The translations under genes were made by a program, and so were the position numbers. From assembly GCA_035513115.1 (NCBI GenBank), contig DATKCP010000180.1, positions 1-45,976 of the forward strand: a stretch of DNA of 45,976 nucleotides, given 5' to 3'. Of the stretch, positions 28,338 to 36,471 are shown one piece after another. Origin of the DNA: Candidatus Limnocylindria bacterium (GTDB lineage: Bacteria; Chloroflexota; Limnocylindria; P2-11E). The first letter of the stretch is position 1, and each line of letters starts with the position of its first letter. The notes under the pieces are model-generated. The model made no database searches and was not told the DNA's origin. It worked only from the letters and a program-made list of their open reading frames with translations.

Positions 28338-29659
28338 TCCGCGGCGCCGTCCTCGACGCGGGTGCGCGACTTCGCGACGCGGCCGATCTGCTCTGCCGTC
28401 GCCTGGGAGCTCGCGACGAGCGTCCGGAAGGCATCTTCCTCGAGCGCCATGACCTCGAGCGAGGTCCTCGCCCGCACCGTGGCGTTCCTCGTCTGTCCGC
28501 TGAGGATGCCGACCTCGCCGAAGTAGTCGCCGGGACGCAGCGTGTTGATCGTTCGTTCCGCGCCGTTCGGGTCCCGCTGAGTGACGACCGCCTCCCCCTT
28601 CGCGATCACGAAGAAGCGATCGGATCGGTCGCCCTCGCGGATGACGACCGATCCGGGCGGGAACGTGAGGATCCGCATCCGGCTTGCGGCCTTGGCGACG
28701 ACTTCGCGCGGCGCCTCTGGGAACGCCCGCTCGGCATGCTTGAGCTCCTCGATGTAACGCTCGGCGTGGAGCACGGCCGTCGTGGCGTCGCCGACCGCCG
28801 TCGTGATCTGCTTCGCGAGCTGCTGCCGCGTGTCGCCCGCGGCGTACACGCCCGGGATGCTCGTCTGCATGTATTGGTCGGTGATGAGATAGCCGCTCTC
28901 GTCATGATCGATGTGATCGGCGAACAGCTGCCTCGCGACCGGTTTGAAGCCAACGAACACGAAAACGCCCTCGACGGGGATGCGCTCGACCTCACCGTCA
29001 CGCGCGACGTCGATCCACTTCACGGCCGTCCCGTCACCGCCGATCTCCTTCACGGTCGCGGGCGTGACCGTATGGACCATGTCCTTCGCAAGCAGGCGAT
29101 CCTGCAGGATGGCCTGCGCGCGGAAGTCGCTCCGCCGGTGCACGACGTGCAGCTTTTTCGCGAACCGCGTGAGGAACAGTCCCTCCTGGAAGGCGCTGTC
29201 GCCTCCGCCGACGACCGCGAGGTCGTTGCCCTTGAAGAAGGCGCCGTCACAGACCGCGCAGTACGAGACTCCGCGGCCGTGGTACTCCGCCTCGCCGGGA
29301 ACGCCGAGCTTGGTGGGCTCCCCGCCAACGGTCACGATCACCGCGTAGGCGCGGTGGATGGTGCCGTCCACGAGCTCGACGACCTTGCGGTCGCCCTCGA
29401 CGCGGATCTGCTTCACCGGCGCGTAGGTCTCCACCTTGAGACCGAATTTGCGCGCATGGTCCGCCATCTTCTGGGCGAGCTCGGCCCCGGTCACCGACTC
29501 GAACCCGGGATAGTCCTCGATGAGATCGGTGTTCAGGATCTCGCCGCCGGTGTCCTTGCCCTCGAGCAGGACCGCGCTCATGTTCGCGCGCGCGGCGTAG
29601 AGTCCGGCGGTGAGCCCGGCGGGGCCACCCCCGATGATGATGAGGTCGTAGTCGGCCAA
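28334..29659 (-). CDS. trxB: thioredoxin reductase fused to a C-terminal cyclic-nucleotide-binding domain
   Basis: ADYDLIIIGGGPAGLTAGLYAAR, redox CAVCDG, VVGGGDSAFQEG and GVYAAGD. Then a cNMP-binding-like domain: FPPGSVVIREGDRSDRFFVIAKGEAVV...LRPGDYFGEVGILSGQTRNATVRA. The TTG start at 29659 is preceded by AAAGGA; the longer track ORF adds an implausible leader. Confidence 0.9.
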   Translation of the reverse strand: MADYDLIIIGGGPAGLTAGLYAARANMSAVLLEGKDTGGEILNTDLIEDYPGFESVTGAELAQKMADHARKFGLKVETYAPVKQIRVEGDRKVVELVDGTIHRAYAVIVTVGGEPTKLGVPGEAEYHGRGVSYCAVCDGAFFKGNDLAVVGGGDSAFQEGLFLTRFAKKLHVVHRRSDFRAQAILQDRLLAKDMVHTVTPATVKEIGGDGTAVKWIDVARDGEVERIPVEGVFVFVGFKPVARQLFADHIDHDESGYLITDQYMQTSIPGVYAAGDTRQQLAKQITTAVGDATTAVLHAERYIEELKHAERAFPEAPREVVAKAASRMRILTFPPGSVVIREGDRSDRFFVIAKGEAVVTQRDPNGAERTINTLRPGDYFGEVGILSGQTRNATVRARTSLEVMALEEDAFRTLVASSQATAEQIGRVAKSRTRVEDGAAD

Positions 29660-29711
29660 GAAGGGTCCTTTCTGGAAGCGGTTTCCACAGACTAGAACAG
29701 CGGAGCATTCC

Positions 29712-30335
29712 ATCGGCATTCCTGCCACAGAGCGCTGGCTTGCCCTGGGTGACTCGTTCACGATCGGAACGGGCACCACGCCGGAGGATTCGTTCCCGGC
29801 GGCACTCACGCGCCTCTGGTCCGGCAGCGGGCGGGCCGTCGAGCTGCGGAACCCGGCGGCGAACGGCTACCGGACCGATGACCTCATCGCGGAGGAGCTA
29901 CCGCTGGTCGCGCGGTTCCATCCGACGCTCGTGACGGTCCTGATCGGGGCCAACGACATCGTCGCCGCCTCGACCGACGAGCGCTATCGCGCGCAGCTGC
30001 GGCGCATCCACTCGAGCATCAGGACGGACGCCCCCGCGGCGGCGCTCTACGCGCTGCCTCAGCCCGACTGGTCACTGGCGCCCGTGGCGACGTCGTTCGG
30101 CACGGTGACCGCGATCGCGGCGCGCATCGCCCGCTTCAACGTCATCGCGCGCGAAGAGGTGGAGCTGGCCGGCGGTACGTTTGTGGATATCTTCCCGCTG
30201 ATGCGCGAGCAGGCCGTGCGCGGCATGGTCGCGCCCGACGGTCTGCACCCGTCGGCGGCGGCGTATGCCGAGTGGGCCGCTGTGCTGCGAGAGCTGCTCC
30301 AGCCCGGGTACCTCAGGCCGGCTTCGTCACCATGA
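29712..30335 (+). CDS. SGNH/GDSL-family hydrolase; start codon non-canonical or uncertain
   Basis: Manual translation of the frame upstream of track ORF 29931..30335 gives ...ERWLALGDSFTIGTG (block I GDS), ...NPAANGYRTDD (block II), LIGANDIV (block III) and DGLHPS (block V). No ATG, GTG or TTG lies between the in-frame stop at 29649 and the GDS motif. ATC at 29712 sits 6 nt after GGAG. Confidence 0.7.
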   Translation: MGIPATERWLALGDSFTIGTGTTPEDSFPAALTRLWSGSGRAVELRNPAANGYRTDDLIAEELPLVARFHPTLVTVLIGANDIVAASTDERYRAQLRRIHSSIRTDAPAAALYALPQPDWSLAPVATSFGTVTAIAARIARFNVIAREEVELAGGTFVDIFPLMREQAVRGMVAPDGLHPSAAAYAEWAAVLRELLQPGYLRPASSP

Positions 30336-30765
30336 GGAACAGGATGACCACCACGATGATCCCGAGGACGATCCCCACGTTGCGGCCGCGCGCCGCGAGG
30401 CGCTGGTACTCCTCGCTGCCGGGTCCCTCACTCTCCAGAACGCGGATCTGATCGCGCAGCGTCGGCGTATACACACCCAGGCCGACGAACACGAGCACGA
30501 ACCACAGGCCGATGGACGCCGCGATCCACAGGCGGCTGAACGGGATTCCCGCGCTCACGACCATGAAGAGGCCGGTGATGAGCAGAAGGCCGTACGCGGG
30601 ATTCGCGACGCGGTCGTCGAGGAACTTGATCGTGCGCAGGACGTGGCTCTGCGTCCCCTGCGGCGCTTTCGCGGCACGCGCGAGCCAGATCCCGTACGAC
30701 GCGTTGAAGCCGACGGCCACGAGCGCGAGCAGGACGTGAAGGAACTGGACGAGCTGATATTCCAC
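30313..30765 (-). CDS. DUF2269-like four-helix membrane protein
   Basis: VEYQLVQFLHVLLALVAVGFNASYGIW... with four hydrophobic helices. AAGGAGAG lies 5 nt upstream of GTG 30765. Confidence 0.75.
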   Translation of the reverse strand: MEYQLVQFLHVLLALVAVGFNASYGIWLARAAKAPQGTQSHVLRTIKFLDDRVANPAYGLLLITGLFMVVSAGIPFSRLWIAASIGLWFVLVFVGLGVYTPTLRDQIRVLESEGPGSEEYQRLAARGRNVGIVLGIIVVVILFLMVTKPA

Positions 30766-30776
30766 TTCGGCTCTCC

Positions 30777-31499
30777 TTACGTCCGCGCCGTGATCGGAAT
30801 GGCGGCGCCGTTCACGCCGCTCGCCTCGCGTGATGAGAGGAACAGGATCACGTTCGCGACCTCCTCCGGCGATGGCCACAGCTTCGGGTCCGCCCTCGGC
30901 ATCTGCGCGCGGTTGACCGGATGGTCGATCGTCGTGGGCAACACGACGTTGACGGTGACCCCCTCACCCTTGACCTCGGCCGCGAGGGACTCGGTCCACC
31001 GAACGAGCGCGCTCTTCGACATCGCGTAGGCGCCGCCGTTCCGCGTGCCCTTGAGCGCGCTGACCGCCGAGACACTCACGATGCGGCCGTAGCCACGCGC
31101 GCGCATCGGACGGAGGCAGGCCGCGCCGGCCGTGACCGCGGTCAGCACGTTGCTGTCCCACAGCTCGCGCATGAGACCCGTCTCGAGCGCCGATCCGGCT
31201 TTGAACGTGCCGGCCAGATTGTTGAGGATGTCGATGCGCCCCCACGCGCGCAGCACTCGCTCGACGAGCGCATCCATCGCGGCCGCGTCGGCGGGGTCCG
31301 CATCGATCAGGAGTAGCCGCGGATCGTCGTCGCCGCCGGCCACGTCAGAGAGCGCGGCCCGCAGTGCATCTCCCCTGGCCGCATCGCGCACGGCCGCCGC
31401 GACGTGAGTCCCACGTGTGAGATACGCGTGCACGACCGCGGCTCCGAGGTTGCCTGTCGCGCCCGTGATGACCGCCGCGTGAGACGAAAGATCCAACAC
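30777..31499 (-). CDS. short-chain dehydrogenase/reductase (SDR)
   Basis: Cofactor motif VITGATGNLGAAV, NLAG, and catalytic S...YAMSK. Confidence 0.9.
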   Translation of the reverse strand: MLDLSSHAAVITGATGNLGAAVVHAYLTRGTHVAAAVRDAARGDALRAALSDVAGGDDDPRLLLIDADPADAAAMDALVERVLRAWGRIDILNNLAGTFKAGSALETGLMRELWDSNVLTAVTAGAACLRPMRARGYGRIVSVSAVSALKGTRNGGAYAMSKSALVRWTESLAAEVKGEGVTVNVVLPTTIDHPVNRAQMPRADPKLWPSPEEVANVILFLSSREASGVNGAAIPITART

Positions 31500-31519
31500 G
31501 CGCCCGTAGTATGGGCACC

Positions 31520-33418
31520 ATGAGCGTGCTCGAGCGTGTGAACGATCCGCGCGACCTGCGCGCCCTCAGTCGGGACGATCTGCTGCAGCTTTGCCGGGAG
31601 ATCCGGGAGTACACGGTCGACCAGGTGCAGCGCACCGGTGGCCACATCTCCTCGAGCCTGGGCACCGTCGAGCTCACGGTCGCGCTGCATTCCGTCTTCG
31701 ACTCGCCGCGCGACAAGCTGGTGTGGGACACCGGACATCAGGCCTACGTCCACAAGATGCTCACGGGTCGGCGCGGGCGGTTCGACACCCTCCGGCAGCT
31801 GGGCGGCATCTCCGGCTTCCTCGTGCGCACCGAGTCCGAACACGATCAGTTCGGCGCGGGCCACGCCGGGACGTCGATCTCCGCGGCTCACGGCATGGCG
31901 CTCGCGCGTGACCTCAGGAAGGAGGACTTCCACGTCGTCGCCGTCATCGGCGACGGCGCGCTCACCGCGGGGCTCGCGTTCGAGGGCCTGAACAACATCG
32001 GCCACGACCAGCGGCGGGTCATCGTGGTGCTCAACGACAACGGCATGAGCATCGCGCCGAACGTCGGCGCGGTGTCGCGGATGCTCGAGGCCGTGCGTAC
32101 CGCGAGCCCGTACCGCGGCGCGAAGCACGTGGTGCGGCAGCTCCTCGATCACATGCCGGCCGGCGAGCTCGCCGAGGAAGCCCGCCGCCGCATCTTCAAT
32201 AGCCTGAAGGCGCTGCTCATCCCGAATCTGCTGTTCGAGCAGATGGGGTTCACCTACTTCGGGCCCGTGGACGGGCACGACTACGGAGCGGTCGAAAGCG
32301 TCCTGGCGAAGGCACGCGACTTCCGCGACGGACCGGTGTTCGTGCACCTGCACACGCAGAAGGGACACGGGTACGGTCCGGCTGAGGACGACAACGTGAA
32401 GTGGCATGGCGTCTCCGCGAGCGGCGCGTCCAAGCCGATGGCGCCGCAGTACACCACGGTCTTCGCGGACGGTGTGCGCGAGATCCTGAAGAGCGACGAG
32501 CGCGCCGTCGCGATCACCGCCGCGATGCCCGGCGGCACCGGCCTGCTTCCCCTCTTCACGGAATTCCCGCAGCGCCTGATCGACGTCGGCATCTGCGAGC
32601 AGCACGCGGTCACGATGGCGGCGGGCCTCGCGACGCAGGGGATCGTCCCCATCGTGGCGATCTACTCGACGTTCCTGCAGCGCGGATTCGACCAGGTGCT
32701 TCACGACGTGGCGGCACAGGATCTCTCCGTCGTGTTCGCCATGGACCGCGCGGGTATCGTCGGCGACGACGGACGCACGCATCAGGGCCTCTACGACATC
32801 GCGTATCTCCGTCCGCTGCCGGGCTTCACGCTCATGGCGCCGAAAGATGAGGCGGAGCTGCGCGACATGCTGTGGACCGCGTACCGGCACGCCGCCGCGC
32901 AGCGCGGTCCGATCGGCCTCCGGTTCCCGCGCGGTGTCGGCTTCGGCGTCACGCTTGCGGCGACAGCGAGCGAGCTGCCGATCGGCGTATCGGAGACACT
33001 GCGCGAGGGCGACGACATCGTCATCGTGGCCTACGGGCAGCCGGTCAACGCCGCGCTCGAGGCCGCCGAGACGCTCGCGCGCGAGGGGCTGCAGGCGACC
33101 GTCGTGAACGCGCGCTTCGCGAAGCCGCTCGACGCCCAGCGTTTGCTCGCGCTCGCCGCGCGAACGCCGCGGTTCCTGACGGTCGAGGAGCACGTCATCG
33201 CCGGCGGCTTCGGATCCGCGGTCGCGGAGCTGCTCCACGAACGCGGCGCTCGCGTCGAGCTCGAGATGCTCGGTATCCCGAACGAGCATGTCGACCACGG
33301 TTCGCAGAAGCAGTGGCGGCATCACTACGGGCTGGACGGGGAGGGGATCGCCGCGGCGGTCCGCGGACGCTGGCCGCAGCTCGTGCGCTCGCACCAGCCG
33401 GAGAGAACCGCCGGCTAG
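31520..33418 (+). CDS. dxs: 1-deoxy-D-xylulose-5-phosphate synthase
   Basis: GGHISSSLGTVELTVALH, DTGHQAYVHKMLTGR, GAGHAGTSISAA, IGDGALTAGLAFEGLNN, and transketolase-like middle and C-terminal domains. ATG 31520 was chosen (TAGTAT + 7 nt); ATG 31511 is an alternative. Confidence 0.95.
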   Translation: MSVLERVNDPRDLRALSRDDLLQLCREIREYTVDQVQRTGGHISSSLGTVELTVALHSVFDSPRDKLVWDTGHQAYVHKMLTGRRGRFDTLRQLGGISGFLVRTESEHDQFGAGHAGTSISAAHGMALARDLRKEDFHVVAVIGDGALTAGLAFEGLNNIGHDQRRVIVVLNDNGMSIAPNVGAVSRMLEAVRTASPYRGAKHVVRQLLDHMPAGELAEEARRRIFNSLKALLIPNLLFEQMGFTYFGPVDGHDYGAVESVLAKARDFRDGPVFVHLHTQKGHGYGPAEDDNVKWHGVSASGASKPMAPQYTTVFADGVREILKSDERAVAITAAMPGGTGLLPLFTEFPQRLIDVGICEQHAVTMAAGLATQGIVPIVAIYSTFLQRGFDQVLHDVAAQDLSVVFAMDRAGIVGDDGRTHQGLYDIAYLRPLPGFTLMAPKDEAELRDMLWTAYRHAAAQRGPIGLRFPRGVGFGVTLAATASELPIGVSETLREGDDIVIVAYGQPVNAALEAAETLAREGLQATVVNARFAKPLDAQRLLALAARTPRFLTVEEHVIAGGFGSAVAELLHERGARVELEMLGIPNEHVDHGSQKQWRHHYGLDGEGIAAAVRGRWPQLVRSHQPERTAG

Positions 33419-33419
33419 G

Positions 33420-33806
33420 CTACGCCATCACCTCGCTCTTCGCGGCGCCCATCAGCCGGTCCGCGCGCGCGATGAGCTCGTCCACGTCGAAGGGCTTCGC
33501 GAGGACCTCATGCACTCCGGTCGATGCGTTCGCCGACTCCGCGCGGTCAGGGAGGCTGGTGAGAAAGAGCACCGGCACGCCCTGCCAGTGCTGATCGCTG
33601 CGCAGCAGATCGAACACGTCGAGTCCGTTCAGGCCCGGCAGCTGGACATCTAGGATGAGCAGATCCGGGCGACGGGCGGTGATCCAATCCATCACCAGAG
33701 CACCGTTCGCGACGGCGTCGACGTCGACATCAAGTCGCTCGGTCAGGGCCTGGCGCAGCACGTCCTCGATGTCCGGCTCGTCCTCCGCAATGAGGACGCG
33801 TCTCAC
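33420..33806 (-). CDS. single-domain (CheY-like) response regulator
   Basis: VLIAEDE, LLILDVQLPGLNG, VLFLTS, VLAKPF. Confidence 0.9.
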   Translation of the reverse strand: MRRVLIAEDEPDIEDVLRQALTERLDVDVDAVANGALVMDWITARRPDLLILDVQLPGLNGLDVFDLLRSDQHWQGVPVLFLTSLPDRAESANASTGVHEVLAKPFDVDELIARADRLMGAAKSEVMA

Positions 33807-33931
33807 GAGACGAGCAGTGCCAGGATCCGAAGGAAGAGGCGCTCGCTGACGCAGACCTTACAGGTGCACATGGCGCCCCGCTCATGCACCCGCCTTGCCA
33901 CCTGGCACGACCACTGCACCGGAGAACGCGC

Positions 33932-34156
33932 ATGAGGAGTGAAGGGGTCTTGGGCGCGGTCCTTTCGGCCTTTCGCTCCGTCGCGACGCGAGTGGTCGCG
34001 CTGGCGCGATGGGGCTTTGAGTCATCCGAGGAGGAGCTGCCACCGCCACCGCCGCCGCGGCCCGGACCGCCACACGGACCGATCCCGGCGATCGATCTCC
34101 GGCGTGACCCCCGCCGGCGGGACGTGCCGCGCAGCGGAGGCGTTCCGCCTAGTTAG
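33932..34156 (+). CDS. possible 74-aa protein with an N-terminal amphipathic/hydrophobic helix and a polyproline tract (weak call)
   Basis: GGAGAA lies 5 nt upstream of the ATG. Translation: MRSEGVLGAVLSAFRSVATRVVALARWGFESSEEELPPPPPPRPGPP... GC3 is lower than in neighbouring genes. It lies in an otherwise empty 346-bp gap. Confidence 0.3.
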   Translation: MRSEGVLGAVLSAFRSVATRVVALARWGFESSEEELPPPPPPRPGPPHGPIPAIDLRRDPRRRDVPRSGGVPPS

Positions 34157-34875
34157 GGACGACGAATCGGAGGCACCGACGGCCGCGGCGGGTCGCTCCG
34201 GTCGTTGCCGCGGCGCTCGGCGCCGGTCCCAGGGGATGAGCCTTCGTTCTGGTTCTGCTCGATCCTGTCTTTCTTGCCCTTGGTGTTCGGAGTGTCCCTG
34301 CGCTCGACCTCGATCGCGCGGTCGACCGACTCCTGCGCCTTCTCGGGGAGGCGCGCCCTGAGCCGCTCCAGCACAAATTCGTGCTTCTCGCGCGCCACGT
34401 CAGCGACGAGCTGCGCGAGCTCGCTCTTGTCTTCATCCGGCGCCGCTTCCTGCAGCGCGTCGACCGCTTCGCGGAAGCGCGTGACGGCATCGGCGTACTC
34501 CTCCGACGCGGTCGGAGCCCTGTCGTCGCGAGCGGCCACGCGATCGAGCTCGCTGAGCCGCTGGTCCGCGATCTCCGCCAGCAGGCGCACCCGCTCGACC
34601 TCGTCGAACGCGAGCGCGACGCGGACTTCCTCCATCGCGCGCTTGAGACCGAAGCTCACGTCGCCCGGAACGCTTCCCGCGGCGGCGGAGCCGGCACCCA
34701 TGACGAGCACCAGCGTGGCGAGACCGGCCGCCAGCGCAGGACGGAACCACGTGGTCCACGCGTTGTCGCGGCGCCTCGGCACGAGGATGACGGCCGCGTC
34801 GCGCATCAGCTGCGCGCGCAGCTCGCGGCGGAACTCGTCGCGCATCCGCGGGTCGGGGAGCTTCTGCTCGCTCAA
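34153..34875 (-). CDS. putative anti-sigma factor (single TM, helical extracytoplasmic domain)
   Basis: 4-nt overlap with the ECF sigma gene. Short cytoplasmic N-terminus, TM WFRPALAAGLATLVLVMGAGSAAAG, then a coiled, DUF5667-like region and a basic Pro-rich tail. Confidence 0.75.
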   Translation of the reverse strand: MSEQKLPDPRMRDEFRRELRAQLMRDAAVILVPRRRDNAWTTWFRPALAAGLATLVLVMGAGSAAAGSVPGDVSFGLKRAMEEVRVALAFDEVERVRLLAEIADQRLSELDRVAARDDRAPTASEEYADAVTRFREAVDALQEAAPDEDKSELAQLVADVAREKHEFVLERLRARLPEKAQESVDRAIEVERRDTPNTKGKKDRIEQNQNEGSSPGTGAERRGNDRSDPPRPSVPPIRRP

Positions 34876-35468
34876 CCCAGTGCCTCACGCGATGGGATCA
34901 GCTGCCGCAGCGCGCCGAGCGCGCGGAACTGGATGCCGCGCACGGTGCCCTCGCGCTTTCCGATCAGCTTCGCGATCTCGTCGGTCGAGTACCCCTCGAG
35001 GAAACGGAGGACGATGACCTCCTGCTGCAGCGGAGTGAGCTGCTCGAGCGCCGTGCGCAGGGTCGCCTTGTCGGAGCCGGCGAGGACCTCGAGGTCGGGA
35101 TCGACCGCGTTGTGCACCTCGGGGTGCAGGAGCGCGTCCTCGAAGGAGACCTGTCGGCCGCCTCGGCGGACGTGGTCGATGACGGCGTTGCGCGCGATGC
35201 GATAGAGCCATGCCAGGAATGCCTGGCGCGGCTCGTACCGCGGGATCGCTCGCAGTGCCTTCATGAACACATCACTGGTGAGGTCTTCCGCCTCGGCGTC
35301 GTCCCGCACTCGGTAGTAGACGTAGCGGTAGACGGCGCTGACGTGCCGGTCGTAGAGGGCTCCGAACGCTGCCGGGTCACCCTTTGACGCCTGTACGGCC
35401 AGAGCGGCATCCTCGTCCTTTCCACCAGGCGTAACGGTCGTGGCGAGGGGGTCGTTAGGCGCCATCAC
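34872..35468 (-). CDS. ECF (group IV) sigma-70 factor
   Basis: Region 2: FGALYDRHVSAVYRYVYYRVRDDAEAEDLTSDVFMKAL, WLYRIARNAVIDHVRR. Region 4: LTPLQQEVIVLRFLEGYSTDEIAKLIGKREGTVRGIQFRAL. Confidence 0.9.
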   Translation of the reverse strand: MMAPNDPLATTVTPGGKDEDAALAVQASKGDPAAFGALYDRHVSAVYRYVYYRVRDDAEAEDLTSDVFMKALRAIPRYEPRQAFLAWLYRIARNAVIDHVRRGGRQVSFEDALLHPEVHNAVDPDLEVLAGSDKATLRTALEQLTPLQQEVIVLRFLEGYSTDEIAKLIGKREGTVRGIQFRALGALRQLIPSREALG

Positions 35469-35843
35469 TCACCTCAACGAGGCCAGATAGGCGACCAGAG
35501 CGGCCAGATCCTCGGCCGATAGGTTGCCCGCGAGGCCCCTGGGCATTGAGTCCGGGTAGCCCGGTACCAGGTAGGCCCCCGGATCGGTGATCGACTGACG
35601 CAGGTAGTCCTCCGCGCTCATGCCTGGCACCCTCTTGCCGCCGACCAGGCCAGCCTCGTTCAGGGGCGGCCCCACCGGTCGGAACAGGTTGGAGATGCTC
35701 GGATCGTGGCAGGTCGCGCACCCCAAGGTGCGGTACACCTGCCTCCCGCGGGCTATCGGATCGGTCGCAACCGGCTCGGGAGCGCAGGCGATCGCCACGA
35801 CCACGACGGCGAGGCTGCAGAGGCATAGCAGCCGCCCCATCAT
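35469..35843 (-). CDS. c-type cytochrome lipoprotein
   Basis: Signal MMGRLLCLCSLAVVVVAIAC, haem motif CATCHD, distal PDSMP Met. The track ORF is over-extended at the N-terminus. Confidence 0.8.
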   Translation of the reverse strand: MMGRLLCLCSLAVVVVAIACAPEPVATDPIARGRQVYRTLGCATCHDPSISNLFRPVGPPLNEAGLVGGKRVPGMSAEDYLRQSITDPGAYLVPGYPDSMPRGLAGNLSAEDLAALVAYLASLR

Positions 35844-36471
35844 GCGGCGCGTGCCAGAGAACGCGCCGCCGCCGAAGAACGCATCGCTCAACGATGCCAC
35901 GGTCCTCCTCGACGACCGAACGATCCTTCGGGGGATCTCTCTCGAGCTCCGCCCGGGCCTGACGCTGCTGCGAGGCACGAACGGCGCGGGCAAGACCACG
36001 CTGCTGCGCGCACTCGCGGGCCTGGTGCCGCTCGCGCGCGGGCGCCGGTCGCTGCCGGGCGGCCAGCCGCTCTACATCGGCCACCGCCCCATGCTCCTGC
36101 GCGGCCTCACCGCGCGCGAGAACCTCGCCTTCTTCGCCGCGTTCCGCGGCCTCGCCGCCAGCGGCGTCGGCGACGCGCTGCGCAAGTGGGGTCTCGGCGA
36201 CGAGATGGACAGGCCGATCGAGCGACTCTCCGCCGGGCAGCGACGCCGCGCGTCGCTCGCGCGGATCGAGACGGAGCAGGTCCCGCTGGTCCTCCTCGAC
36301 GAGCCGTTCGCGGACCTCGACTCGGACGCGCTCGTTCGCCTCCGCGCGGCGCTCAACACGGCTCTGGTCCGTGGGCAGGCGGTGCTCATGGCGACGCACA
36401 TGCACCACGAGCTCGACCAGGACGCCGGGTACCGCTACGTCCTCGACTCGGGTTCGCTCCGCGAGACGTGA
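35842..36471 (+). CDS. ccmA: haem exporter ATP-binding protein CcmA
   Basis: Walker A GTNGAGKTTLLR, signature LSAGQRRR, Walker B LVLLDEP. Start is ATG 35842 (or GTG 35851). Confidence 0.85.
   Translation: MRRVPENAPPPKNASLNDATVLLDDRTILRGISLELRPGLTLLRGTNGAGKTTLLRALAGLVPLARGRRSLPGGQPLYIGHRPMLLRGLTARENLAFFAAFRGLAASGVGDALRKWGLGDEMDRPIERLSAGQRRRASLARIETEQVPLVLLDEPFADLDSDALVRLRAALNTALVRGQAVLMATHMHHELDQDAGYRYVLDSGSLRET

Noticed and set aside
29740-29934. 64-aa plus-strand ORF upstream of the SGNH fragment, considered as evidence of a frameshifted pseudogene.
   Set aside because: Its translation is Arg/Ser-rich nonsense. The SGNH frame itself is continuously open through blocks I-V, so no frameshift is needed; only the start codon is missing.
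31307-33394. 695-aa minus-strand ORF.
   Set aside because: It is antisense to dxs, whose plus-strand translation has unmistakable DXP synthase motifs. The antisense product is Arg-rich, low-complexity sequence.
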